Counted from the first letter of the stretch, positions 22,461-32,261 are shown. The stretch: 64,000 nucleotides of DNA from Microcoleus sp. (GCA_052279835.1 CP181291.1:4512001-4576000), one strand, 5' to 3'. Made by a program: numbers and translations. Notes: generated from the sequence alone by a model not told the origin.

Positions 22461-23795
22461 TTGTATCTTATGGCTCCCACATCAAGTTTGTCGATCCGCC
22501 ACGCTCGTATTCTTTTGCCCAATGGTGAGTTTTTGCTAGGGGACGTGCAAATCTGCGATGGCAAAATAGTCGGAGTTGCTGCTGAAATTGTCGCATCGGG
22601 CGATCTAGAAATAGACGCGAGCGGTTTAACTTTGTTACCGGGAGTAATTGACCCCCAGGTACACTTCCGCGAACCGGGTTTGGAACACAAGGAAGATTTG
22701 TTTACGGCTAGCTGTGCTTGCGCTAAAGGCGGTGTTACCTCGTTTTTGGAAATGCCGAATACACGACCTCTGACCACCACTCAAGCTGCTTTAGATGATA
22801 AATTGCGCCGCGCGGCCGAGAAGTGTTTGGTGAATTATGGCTTTTTTATTGGAGCAACCTCTGAAATCTTACCAGATTTATTGAGCGCCAATCCGACATC
22901 GGGAATTAAAGTTTTCATGGGTTCGATGCACGGCGACTTATTGATGGATGACGCAGCAGTTTTAGAGGCGATTTTTGCTAAGGGCGATCGGCTAATTGCG
23001 GTACACGCCGAAGACCAAGCTAGAATTAATCAGCGTCGTCAGGAATTTGCCGGGATTTCTGATGTGGCGATTCACTCACAAATTCAAGACAATCAAGCTG
23101 CTTTGTTGGCTACTCAGCTAGCTGTGAAACTTTCTAAAAAATATGAGCGCCGTCTGCATATTCTGCATCTATCTACCGGAGAAGAAGCGGAGTTTTTGCG
23201 CCAAGAAAAACCTAGTTGGGTGACAGCCGAAGTGACACCACAGCATTTGTTGTTAAATACCAGTGCCTATGAAACTATTGGCAGTTTAGCTCAAATGAAT
23301 CCACCTTTGCGATCGCCCCGCGATAACGAAATACTGTGGCAAGCTTTACTCGACGGCGTAATTGATTTTATCGCCACGGATCACGCGCCACACACCTTAG
23401 CCGAAAAAGCTCAAACTTATCCAAATACACCGTCAGGAATGCCCGGTGTTGAAACTTCTTTGCCTTTGATGCTGACCGAAGCTATGAAGGGAAGGTGTAC
23501 AGTTGCTCAAGTTGCTAATTGGATGTCAACGGCAGTTGCTAAGGCTTATAAGATTCCGAATAAGGGTAAAATAGCCCCTGGTTTTGATGCGGATTTGGTC
23601 TTAGTAGATTTGGAGAAGTATCGCCCGGTTGTGCGAGAAGAAATGGCGAGTAAATGTGGCTGGAGTCCCTTTGAAGGTTGGAACTTGACTGGCTGGCCTG
23701 TGGTGACAATTGTGGGAGGAAAAGTGGTTTTTGAGAATGGGAAATTGGATACAAATGTGAGGGGAAAAGCCTTGACATTTGACGCAGATATGTAG
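22461..23795 (+). CDS. pyrC: Dihydroorotase (amidohydrolase)
   Basis: PGVIDPQVHFREPG, EMPNT, MNPPLR, ATDHAPH. Confidence 0.85.
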   Translation: MYLMAPTSSLSIRHARILLPNGEFLLGDVQICDGKIVGVAAEIVASGDLEIDASGLTLLPGVIDPQVHFREPGLEHKEDLFTASCACAKGGVTSFLEMPNTRPLTTTQAALDDKLRRAAEKCLVNYGFFIGATSEILPDLLSANPTSGIKVFMGSMHGDLLMDDAAVLEAIFAKGDRLIAVHAEDQARINQRRQEFAGISDVAIHSQIQDNQAALLATQLAVKLSKKYERRLHILHLSTGEEAEFLRQEKPSWVTAEVTPQHLLLNTSAYETIGSLAQMNPPLRSPRDNEILWQALLDGVIDFIATDHAPHTLAEKAQTYPNTPSGMPGVETSLPLMLTEAMKGRCTVAQVANWMSTAVAKAYKIPNKGKIAPGFDADLVLVDLEKYRPVVREEMASKCGWSPFEGWNLTGWPVVTIVGGKVVFENGKLDTNVRGKALTFDADM

Positions 23796-23986
23796 GGGAG
23801 AAGCATTCGGGAGACAATCAATGAAAGATACGCAAAGTATGGTACCCGAATGCAACGCCTGGCCCCAACCAAAAATCCAGATTCAGAATTCCCCATCGCG
23901 GTTTACCTGTGGGTTTGGGCGAAGCATTTGGGTCATTATTCACCCATACCCTATCAGATTTTTTACCCAAATGCTTCGCCCCTACG
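23791..23986. repeat. REP-like palindromes (gtagggg...; gggcgaagcatttggg...cccaaatgcttcgccc)
   Basis: Paired inverted repeats between convergent genes; same family at ~29978-30090, 36215-36270, 43268-43295, 52798-52821. Confidence 0.7.
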
Positions 23987-24461
23987 GGTGATGGAATGAA
24001 TCAGGATTGTATAAGGGCAAATCCTGTAATTGCCAATCACCAATCAATTCAATTTGTCGCCCACTCTCGCAATAATTTAAACAAATTTGCAAATAATTAT
24101 CTGGTTTGTAAGGCAATTTTTCCGCCCATTCGATCGCTACAATTCCCAAATCCATTTCTAATCCGTCCCAATAACTTTCTAAGTGCAAAGCCTCCACTTC
24201 GTCTGTTTCTAAGCGATACAAGTCTAAATGATAAAGAGGAATTCTCCCTGTTAAATACTCGTTTATGAGGGTAAAAGTAGGACTTTCAATGGAATCTTGA
24301 ATTTCTAAACCTTCAGCGATGCCTTGCACTAAAGTAGTTTTGCCAGCACCCAAATCTCCTTCTAATAAGATGACAGTGCCGGGGGGCAGCGATCGCCCTA
24401 ATGTTACACCCAACTGGCGCGTAGCTTCCGCATCGGGAAGAGAAAGTATGATTTTAGTCAT
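23982..24461 (-). CDS. tsaE: tRNA threonylcarbamoyladenosine biosynthesis ATPase TsaE
   Basis: GDLGAGKTT, SPTFTL, HLDLYRL, IEWAE. Confidence 0.95.
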   Translation of the reverse strand: MTKIILSLPDAEATRQLGVTLGRSLPPGTVILLEGDLGAGKTTLVQGIAEGLEIQDSIESPTFTLINEYLTGRIPLYHLDLYRLETDEVEALHLESYWDGLEMDLGIVAIEWAEKLPYKPDNYLQICLNYCESGRQIELIGDWQLQDLPLYNPDSFHHP

Positions 24462-24465
24462 TAAC

Positions 24466-25867
24466 TTAAATATTTTGGGCGCGACTGTACCAACGCAGCA
24501 ACATCCCAGCTAATCTCTGAGAATTGTGACGAATTAAACCGGTATTTTGATCTTCATCCATCACATTCGCAATCACAATTCGCCGCCCCAATTGCGTTAC
24601 TGCTTCTCGATCGAGTACCACAGGATAGGAATTCTCCTGAGAATAACGGATCAAAGCCTTTGCAGAAGGGACTTTTCCTTGAACTACTACAGCATCAAAT
24701 AGTGGCCGGCCGCAAGCACGGTCGATCGCCCGAATATGATCCGCTACCGTATATCCATCAGTTTCCCCCGGCTGAGTCATAATATTGCAGACATAAATGC
24801 GCGGAACTTGACTATTGGCGATCGCCTCAGCAATTTCCGGCACCAACAAATTCGGAATTACACTCGTATATAGACTCCCTGGCCCAATAATCATAAAATC
24901 AGCTTCCTGAAGCCCTTCCACAGCCCTCGGCAAAGCCGGAGGATTAGCAGGAGTGCAGCCTATTTTGAGGATTTGCCCGTTAGCTTTGGTAATGCTGGAC
25001 TCCCCCTCGATTCTCCGGCCGTCGGCCAGTTCTGCCCACAAAGAAACATCGCTCAGAGTAGCCGGCAGCACTTCCCCCCTCACGGCTAAAACTTTAGAAC
25101 TAGCGGCGATCGCCTGTTCCAAGTCTCCAGCAATATCGCTCATCGCCGTCAAAAACAAATTCCCAAAACTGTGACCAACCAAACCGTCACCGGCCCGAAA
25201 ACGATATTGAAACAACTCAGTCAATAACTTTTCCTCATCAGCCAAAGCAGCCAAACAATTGCGAATATCACCCGGTGGTAGCACCCCAATTTCTCGGCGC
25301 AGGCGTCCCGAAGAACCGCCGTCATCGGCCACGGTGACAATAGCAGTGATTTTGGCACTATAGTCCTTCAATCCTCTCAGCAAATTGGACAGACCTGTAC
25401 CGCCACCGAGGGCGACTATTTTCGGTCCGCGGTGCAACCTGCGGTGGTTGAGGAGTCGATCGACCAATTCCTCGTTTCCTTCGGGCATCAGCACTTGAGT
25501 AATTGAGTTCAAACTGCGGGTTTGTCCCCACAGAATCAACAAAATCCCGGTGGCGATGACTAGGGGACCCGATATGTAATTGGGAACGACTTCCGCAATC
25601 CACGCCAAAAAATTTCTCAATAATTGCAACAAAAAGAAAATGGGAGTCATCCCAGTCCAAATTGCTAAACCCAAACTGGCAAGTACCACACCGCTAGCAC
25701 TGATCAGCAGCCAGCGTTTCACCAACAGTCCCGGGGGATAACCACTTAAACCACTGGTGAACTCGCCCGTTTCGTAAAGAGGAAGGGTAAGGATTTCTGG
25801 ATTTGGTCACAACCTGTCTGGTTTTAGCCCAAACACGGAGGGCTTTGGGAAATGAACTAATTGACAT
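24466..25867 (-). CDS. YvcK/GlmR (UPF0052) family protein; apparent +1 frameshift at 25733-25737
   Basis: [25 protein letters not shown]. From ATG 25867 the frame reads ...WFKWLSPG then shifts to LLVKRW. Confidence 0.85.
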
Positions 25868-26031
25868 GGTTAATTAGTCTTAAGGGTATTGGAACAGCTA
25901 AACCTGACAAATTTAGAATACAAGAGAGTTTTGATTCTGACAGTCAATTTAAGTTATTAATCATTAGTCAAGACTGATTAGTCAATAGCTAGACTGATGA
26001 CTGGGGAATGATAACATCTTAATCGCATCTT

Positions 26032-26814
26032 ATGGATGAGCCGTTAATCGAACTCAAGGGGATAAGTAAGTCCTTCAATCAGACTCCAATCCTTGATGGA
26101 GTCGATCTGAAGATTTATCGGGGAGAGGCCCTGGCAATTATTGGTCCTTCTGGGACTGGGAAATCTACGATTTTGCGGATAATTGCGGGTTTGCTGGTTC
26201 CAGATGCCGGTGAGGTTTTTGTTCAGGGACAGCGCAGGATAGGATGGGTGGACGACGTGACCGATCCGATCGGGATTGGGATGGTGTTTCAGCAAGCGGC
26301 TTTGTTTGATTCGCTGACGGTGGAAGAGAATGTTGGTTTTTTACTGTACCAGCATTCTAAGCTGTCGCGTCGCCGGATTCGGGAATTGGTGGAGGAAAAA
26401 TTGGAGATGGTGGGTTTGCCCAAAATTGGCGATCGCTATCCAGCCCAGTTGTCTGGGGGAATGCGAAAGCGGGTCAGTTTTGCCCGTGCCATTATGGCTA
26501 ATCCCGATAATGCTAGGGATAATCCAGAGGTTTTGTTGTATGACGAACCGACGGCGGGTTTAGATCCCATTGCTTCGACGGTAATTGAAGATTTAATCCG
26601 CGATTTGCAGAGGGCTCAGGGTGTTTGCAGCACTTATGCGATCGTCACTCACCAAGACAGTACCATCCGTCGCACAGCCGATCGCATCGTGTTCCTGTAT
26701 CGAGGCAAGGTGCAGTGGGAGGGCCAAGTCAGCGACATTGCAACGACAGATAATTTATTAATTCAACAATTTTTTAGTGGCAGCGTTACTGGGCCAATTC
26801 AAGTCATTGGATAG
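26032..26814 (+). CDS. ABC transporter ATP-binding protein, MlaF/TGD3-like
   Basis: GPSGTGKST, LSGGMRKRV, YDEPTAGLDP; upstream of an MCE gene. Confidence 0.9.
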   Translation: MDEPLIELKGISKSFNQTPILDGVDLKIYRGEALAIIGPSGTGKSTILRIIAGLLVPDAGEVFVQGQRRIGWVDDVTDPIGIGMVFQQAALFDSLTVEENVGFLLYQHSKLSRRRIRELVEEKLEMVGLPKIGDRYPAQLSGGMRKRVSFARAIMANPDNARDNPEVLLYDEPTAGLDPIASTVIEDLIRDLQRAQGVCSTYAIVTHQDSTIRRTADRIVFLYRGKVQWEGQVSDIATTDNLLIQQFFSGSVTGPIQVIG

Positions 26815-26904
26815 TCAATTGTCATTAGTCATTAGTCAGCAGTCATTAGTCAGCAGTCATTAGTCATTAGTCATTAGTCAGCAGTCATTAGTCAGCAGTC
26901 ATTA
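26812..26904 (+). repeat. STRR array (agtcatt/agtcagc)n, left arm
   Basis: ~13 heptamers directly after the stop codon. Confidence 0.95.
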
Positions 26905-27028
26905 GACATCTCCCAAAAAGCTTGTCAATAACAGGCAGGCGGTGTCCTGCCCTTCGACTACGCTCAGGAACCGCGTAGTCGAAGGGTCGAAGGGATGCCT
27001 GTTCCACAATAATTATGGGAGATGTCTA
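26903..27028. mobile_element. MITE with 13-bp terminal inverted repeat and nested hairpin
   Basis: tagacatctccca ... tgggagatgtcta (TA at both ends); internal cccttcgactacgc/gcgtagtcgaaggg. Confidence 0.75.
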
Positions 27029-27052
27029 TTAGTTATTAGGAGCGAGGGTAAT

Positions 27053-27430
27053 ATGGCAACAAAAAGTTTTCAGGAATTGCGAGTTTATAAATTATCAGAA
27101 CGACTAGCTGATGAAATTTGGACAACTGTTAACACTTGGGAGCCATTTGCCAAAAATACGATCGGCCAACAAATTGTCCGTTCAGCCGATAGCGTCGGTG
27201 CTAACATAGCAGAAGGAGTCGGACGAGGCAGCTATCAAGACAATAGACGTTTTGTCAAGATAGCTAGAGGTTCTTTATATGAAACTCAACACTGGTTGAG
27301 ACGAGCTTACACTCGAAACCTTTTAACTGTTGAACAAGTCAATATATTCACAGTAATTATTAATGACTTAGCCCCTCAATTAAACTCATACCTACAATCT
27401 ATCGGGTCATCCCCAAAAAATCATGACTAA
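27053..27430 (+). CDS. Four-helix-bundle protein (23S rRNA IVP / TIGR02436-like)
   Basis: SFQELRVYK...QIVRSADSVGANIAEGVGR...FVKIARGSLYETQHWL. Confidence 0.9.
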   Translation: MATKSFQELRVYKLSERLADEIWTTVNTWEPFAKNTIGQQIVRSADSVGANIAEGVGRGSYQDNRRFVKIARGSLYETQHWLRRAYTRNLLTVEQVNIFTVIINDLAPQLNSYLQSIGSSPKNHD

Positions 27431-27510
27431 TGACTAATGACTAATGACCAATGACTAATGACCAATGACTAATGACTAATGACCAATGACTAATGACTAA
27501 TGACCAATGT
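27422..27510 (+). repeat. STRR array (aatgact/aatgacc)n, right arm, reverse complement of the left arm
   Basis: ~12 heptamers starting within the last codons of the four-helix-bundle gene. Confidence 0.95.
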
Positions 27511-27523
27511 CTAAGGAGGTCCT

Positions 27524-29026
27524 ATGCGATCGCGAACTGTTAGAGAAGGTTCTGTCGGGTTTTTAATTTTAGTAGGAATCGGCTTATTTGGAGGCTTAGT
27601 CCTCTGGCTGCGAGGGGTACAACTAGGGAACCGCAGCTATAAATTTGTCGTAGAATTTGCCAGCGCCCAAGGAATGCAAATCGGCACACCAGTCAGGTAT
27701 CGCGGGGTTAGTGTAGGTAAAATTAGTACCCTGAAAGCTGGCCCCAACGGAGTAGACGCGATCCTGGAAATTTCCCCAGGTAATTTAGTCATTCCCCGCG
27801 ATGTGGCGATCGAAGCAAATAAATCTGGTTTAATTGGGGAAGCATCGATCGACATTACACCCAATTCACTTTTACCCGAATCGTTAATTACCGCCAATCC
27901 TTTGAGTGCCGAATGTCCCGCTGGAATTATCTGCAAAAATTCGCGCTTAAAAGGTCAAGCTGGAGTCAGCCTCGATGAACTAATTCGCTCCACCGTCCGC
28001 CTAGCCAATTTATACACAGACCCCGCCCTATTTAATAATATCAAAGCCCTCACTGAAAATACATCTAATACAGCCAAAGGTGCGGCCAAATTAACTCAAG
28101 AATTATCAAACTTGACCATCTCTGCTAAAGGAGAGATTAAAAGTTTAAGTCAGTCTGTCAAAGGAGATGTTAACAACTTAACTCAATCAGTCAAAGGAGA
28201 ATTGGGAACTTTTAATCAGTCAATAAAAGGAGAAGTGGGCAGCTTAAATCAATCACTGAAGGGAGAAGCGAGCAGTTTAAATCAATCACTCAAAGGAGAA
28301 CTATCAGGCGTAGCCGCCGATGTATCTAAAGTAGCAAAGACGGCGGACAGTTCCACAAAAGCAGTATCTGCCGCTGCGATCGAGTCAGCTAACTCAGTCA
28401 CTAAAGCTGCTAATCAAATTACTTTAACAGCTAACGAACTCAATTCCCTAGTTATCAGCAACAGATCGAGTTTAGTTGCAACTCTGAATAATCTCAATCA
28501 AGCCAGTCAAGAAATCCGTGTCACCGTCAGCAGCTTGAGTCCCACTATCAATCGCATTAACCAAGGACAATTACTCAACAACCTCGAAATTTTATCAGCA
28601 AATGCAGCCCAAGCTGCTGCTAACTTGCGAGATTTATCTACTAATCTGAATAATCCAGCAACATTCCAGTTATTACAGCAAACTTTAGATGCAGCCCGCG
28701 CGACACTTCAGAACGTCCATAAAATCACTGCCGATGTAGACGAAGTTACAGGAGACCCAGCTTTTCGCAACAATATTCGCAAGTTATTAAACGGACTAGG
28801 AAGCTTGTTCAGTTCCACAGAACAATTGCAACAGCAAGTGAAAGTAGCTCAAACATTGGCTCCACTTTCTAGTCAATTGAATACCAATTTGAATCCTAGT
28901 GCAACAACGGTAGTTCCACCTGCTAAACCGAAGGTTGTGATTTTGCCAAATAAACAAAAGCCTGCGGATTCGTCATCAGAAAATAGCAAATTATCGGAAA
29001 CAGTTGAATTGGAAAAAAATAATTAA
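27524..29026 (+). CDS. MlaD/MCE-family lipid transport protein (TGD2-like)
   Basis: REGSVG TM, GMQIGTPVRYRGVSVGKI MCE motif, long helical tail; AAGGAGG RBS. Confidence 0.9.
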   Translation: MRSRTVREGSVGFLILVGIGLFGGLVLWLRGVQLGNRSYKFVVEFASAQGMQIGTPVRYRGVSVGKISTLKAGPNGVDAILEISPGNLVIPRDVAIEANKSGLIGEASIDITPNSLLPESLITANPLSAECPAGIICKNSRLKGQAGVSLDELIRSTVRLANLYTDPALFNNIKALTENTSNTAKGAAKLTQELSNLTISAKGEIKSLSQSVKGDVNNLTQSVKGELGTFNQSIKGEVGSLNQSLKGEASSLNQSLKGELSGVAADVSKVAKTADSSTKAVSAAAIESANSVTKAANQITLTANELNSLVISNRSSLVATLNNLNQASQEIRVTVSSLSPTINRINQGQLLNNLEILSANAAQAAANLRDLSTNLNNPATFQLLQQTLDAARATLQNVHKITADVDEVTGDPAFRNNIRKLLNGLGSLFSSTEQLQQQVKVAQTLAPLSSQLNTNLNPSATTVVPPAKPKVVILPNKQKPADSSSENSKLSETVELEKNN

Positions 29027-29090
29027 ATAAAGTTGCTTAGTGGTATCGAAAAAGTTTATAATACATCTCAAACTCACAGTAAGCACGACC

Positions 29091-29864
29091 ATGACAACAG
29101 TCGTTCCCACCCTCAAAACTTCAGAAATCCTATACCCTAGCGCTGATGGAGAACCAGTGGCAGAAACTTACGACCATGTAGATGCAATTTTAACCACTTT
29201 AGCAGTATTAAAACAATACCTCGCAGACCGTAGAGCTACGGTATTAGCCAACCAATTTTTATACTACGCCCAAGGTTTTCCCAAACTACGGGTAGCACCG
29301 GATGTGATGGTAATTTTTGATGTAGAACCCGGTGGCAGAGATAATTACAAAATCTGGGAAGAAGGCCAAGTGCCGAAAGTGATTTTTGAAATGACATCAC
29401 CAGGTACAAAGTCGGAAGATATAATCACTAAAAAAGACTTGTACGAGGGGATAGAAGTTCAAGAATACTGGTTGTTTGACCCGAAAGGTGAATGGATTGC
29501 CGAACAATTGCGCGGGTATCGATTGGGGGTAGAAGGGTATGAATTAATTAGAGATAGTCGCAGCGCAGTCTTGCAACTGCGGTTAGAAATAGAAGGCAAA
29601 CTGATTGGGTTTTATCGGGAAGATAATGGACAAAAATTATTGATTCCTGATGAATTGGCTTCAGCTTTGCAAGCAGAACGACAACGGGCTGAAGCGGAAC
29701 GACAACGGGCAGAAGCCGAAAGTCAACGGGCAGAAGCCGAAAGTCAACGGGCAGAAGCTGAAAGTCAACGTGCGGAAGCTGAAAGTCAACGTGCTGCTGA
29801 ACTCGAAGCTTTGCTAGCGCGTTATCGATCGCAGTTTGGAGAATTACCGCAGGATAATGGCTAA
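29091..29864 (+). CDS. Uma2-family endonuclease with AEAESQR repeat tail
   Basis: YPSADGEPVAET, VAPDVMV, FEMTSPGT, EYWLFDP. Confidence 0.9.
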   Translation: MTTVVPTLKTSEILYPSADGEPVAETYDHVDAILTTLAVLKQYLADRRATVLANQFLYYAQGFPKLRVAPDVMVIFDVEPGGRDNYKIWEEGQVPKVIFEMTSPGTKSEDIITKKDLYEGIEVQEYWLFDPKGEWIAEQLRGYRLGVEGYELIRDSRSAVLQLRLEIEGKLIGFYREDNGQKLLIPDELASALQAERQRAEAERQRAEAESQRAEAESQRAEAESQRAEAESQRAAELEALLARYRSQFGELPQDNG

Positions 29865-30205
29865 AGATACAGCCCCCCAAAGAGGTAAAAAGGGGGACGA
29901 AAGATCGGAATCTTGTCCCCCCTTGTTAAGGGGGGTTAGGGGGGATCGGAATTCTATGCAACGACCTATAAAATTGGTATAGGGGGCGATCGCACCGGGA
30001 GCATCCCGATTTTGCATAGGCTGTAGCATCACCGCAGAAAATTTATTAGCTCGCGGCAGAGATTTACAGCCCTCATGCTTCGCCCCTACGAATATATTTG
30101 CACTCATTGAGATGCACCCGATCGCTACCAATTTAAAATTGACTAAAATTGAGAAAGCAGTTGGGCTATCAAAAGATTAAACTCAAAAATAGAGCGAGAA
30201 AAAAT

Positions 30206-30790
30206 ATGATACAAACAGCAGTCAAAAAATCAATTACCGATAGCTGCTTGACTCTGAAAGGAGTGAGTTGGTCGCAATTTGAATCGCTAGAAGCTGCTTT
30301 TGAGTCATTCGGCGGTATCAAATTCGCTTATTTAGATGGGATTTTAGACATTATGACAGTTAGCCCCGAACATGAAGAGACAAAGAGTACCATTGGTATT
30401 TTGTTAGAAGCATACCTGAGAGAGAAGGGTATCCGATCTTATAGAAGGGGCGGGCCGACTTTGGGTAGTAAAGAACAGGGGGCTAGAAAAGAGCCTGATG
30501 AGTCGTATAATTTGCAGACTAAAAAGGAAATTCCTGATTTGGCGATCGAAGTTATATTCACTAGCGGTGGCATCGATAAACTGCAACTATACAAGCGTTT
30601 GGGGATACCTGAAGTTTGGTTTTGGGAAGATGGGGTGCTGAGTATCTATTATTTGAGGGAGGAGTACGAAAAAGTCGATCGCAGCGAATTGTTGCCGGAG
30701 TTAGACATTGCTTTGTTAGTCAAGTACGTGACTTATTTCGACCAATACGATGCTGTTACGGAGTTTCTTCAGGCTTTGAAGGAAGGTTAA
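30206..30790 (+). CDS. Uma2-family endonuclease
   Basis: VSWSQFE, KEPDESY, PDLAIEV, GIPEVWFW. Confidence 0.9.
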   Translation: MIQTAVKKSITDSCLTLKGVSWSQFESLEAAFESFGGIKFAYLDGILDIMTVSPEHEETKSTIGILLEAYLREKGIRSYRRGGPTLGSKEQGARKEPDESYNLQTKKEIPDLAIEVIFTSGGIDKLQLYKRLGIPEVWFWEDGVLSIYYLREEYEKVDRSELLPELDIALLVKYVTYFDQYDAVTEFLQALKEG

Positions 30791-30808
30791 ATGTGTATGG
30801 AGACGATA

Positions 30809-30859
30809 TTATCGATCGCAGTTTGGAGAATTACCGCAGGATAACGGCTAAAGATACAG
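30809..30859 (+). repeat. Direct repeat of 29822-29872 (3' end of the upstream Uma2 gene)
   Basis: 51 bp with 1 mismatch. Confidence 0.95.
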
Positions 30860-30914
30860 GAGTGCGATCGCCCTTTACCAATTCGATCGCACTCTTAGTT
30901 CTAAGGTAACATCA

Positions 30915-31349
30915 TTACACTTCAGTATATTCCTTGCTTTTTTGAGAGTCTAACCAACGTTGATAAGCTTCCTTGTCTCCTCTAAAGGAATCGAGAGAAA
31001 CTTGACGTTCTGGCATGGGTTTTAGTGGAGCATCAATGGGGGAATATTGGCAATAGCAGATTACTACTATATCAAATTCAGCGATCGGAATATCGGGAGT
31101 ATAAGTCTCAACCCGCGCTACTTCCCAATCACTGGTGCGGTAATGAGTGCTGTAACCATGTCTATCTGGATCGTGTTCTGCTTCTACACGAACAAATTCT
31201 GGAGGGCGATAGCCAACTTCAGGAATTTCCTCATTAGAAGAGTCAAAGTGTTCGGCTAAAATCTTAGTTAGGGATTGGGTGTGTTCAAGCTTGCGTTTTT
31301 CCCAACCTGGTTGGCGCTTGTCTGCTCTAAAGACAATCCATTTACGCAT
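30915..31349 (-). CDS. Hypothetical protein
   Basis: ORF of ~144 aa; start overlaps the end of the upstream gene. Confidence 0.7.
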   Translation of the reverse strand: MRKWIVFRADKRQPGWEKRKLEHTQSLTKILAEHFDSSNEEIPEVGYRPPEFVRVEAEHDPDRHGYSTHYRTSDWEVARVETYTPDIPIAEFDIVVICYCQYSPIDAPLKPMPERQVSLDSFRGDKEAYQRWLDSQKSKEYTEV

Positions 31350-31761
31350 CTTCATCCTCCTTGCTTTCTAGTTCTTTGTACCAGTCTGGAAACTCCGTTT
31401 GACCTTTAAAAACACAATCAACTTTGAAAATTGGGCCGTCAATTTTTTCAATCTCAATTAGTTTCCAACCATACTTTTGTTCCATCTCTTCACAACAATC
31501 TGGATCTGCTGCTGCGTGTCGAGATTTGTCTTCATCTGGATCGTAACGTAACCATCGTGGATTTTTTGTGATAATTGATATTGCTCCCTGTGTTGGGTTG
31601 ACAACCTTGGAGAAGTCGTCTGGATGCCGTATTTGCGGTACTGCGTCCGGGCGCGTCTTTGCACACTTATATGATAATGGTTGTAATATCTGCCTGCTTC
31701 TGAACCAGACAATTGGTTGAATTTGCTTGACAATTATCAGTTTGTATGTATGAAGATTCAA
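31342..31761 (-). CDS. Hypothetical protein (true start probably further downstream)
   Basis: ORF overlapping the next gene; the C-terminal ~80 aa look protein-like. Confidence 0.55.
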   Translation of the reverse strand: MNLHTYKLIIVKQIQPIVWFRSRQILQPLSYKCAKTRPDAVPQIRHPDDFSKVVNPTQGAISIITKNPRWLRYDPDEDKSRHAAADPDCCEEMEQKYGWKLIEIEKIDGPIFKVDCVFKGQTEFPDWYKELESKEDEDA

Positions 31762-31868
31762 GCAAAAAATTTAAATGGGGAGGGCGATCGTTTTGCGATC
31801 GAACTTGGGCATTCTAGATACAGGTGCGAGTGCGAGTGCCTGGAAACCTTCTAGGCCAAGGATTGGCG

Positions 31869-32261
31869 ATGGAAAGCACGCAGAAAAAATCTAGTAATAG
31901 TCCTGTTCATTGGAGAGATCGAGTTAAGCAAATTTCTGCGTTAGTATCGATGGTTTCGTTTGGGGGTTCGGCAATTTTTGGTATTGTAAGTCTGTTCAGC
32001 AGCGGTTTGAGCAGCCAGCACCACCAAAAGCAGGCTGCGGTGGTTGTTTCCCAGGATTCTTTGCTGGCGGCGAAGGAACGGGGTTATGTAACCGTTTTGC
32101 AGCGGGAACCACAGAATCAGACGGCTCTGGAGGGGTTGGCTAATGTGCGGTTGGAGATGAATAATCGGGTAGGGGCGATCGAGCCTTTGGAGAAGTTGGT
32201 GAAGTTGCATCCTGAGAGAGCTGATTATAAGCAGTTGTTGGGGCAGGCGAAGGGGAAGTAA
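31869..32261 (+). CDS. Membrane-anchored TPR protein
   Basis: TM segment + GYVTVLQREPQNQTALEGL; resembles the N-terminal half of 49211-50143. Confidence 0.75.
   Translation: MESTQKKSSNSPVHWRDRVKQISALVSMVSFGGSAIFGIVSLFSSGLSSQHHQKQAAVVVSQDSLLAAKERGYVTVLQREPQNQTALEGLANVRLEMNNRVGAIEPLEKLVKLHPERADYKQLLGQAKGK

Noticed and set aside
26942..27052. N-terminal extension of the four-helix-bundle ORF
   Set aside because: Derived from the MITE; the RBS supports ATG 27053.
27053..27430. Diversity-generating retroelement (Avd-like gene)
   Set aside because: No reverse transcriptase in the window, and the duplicated segments found do not show adenine-only mismatches of a TR/VR pair.
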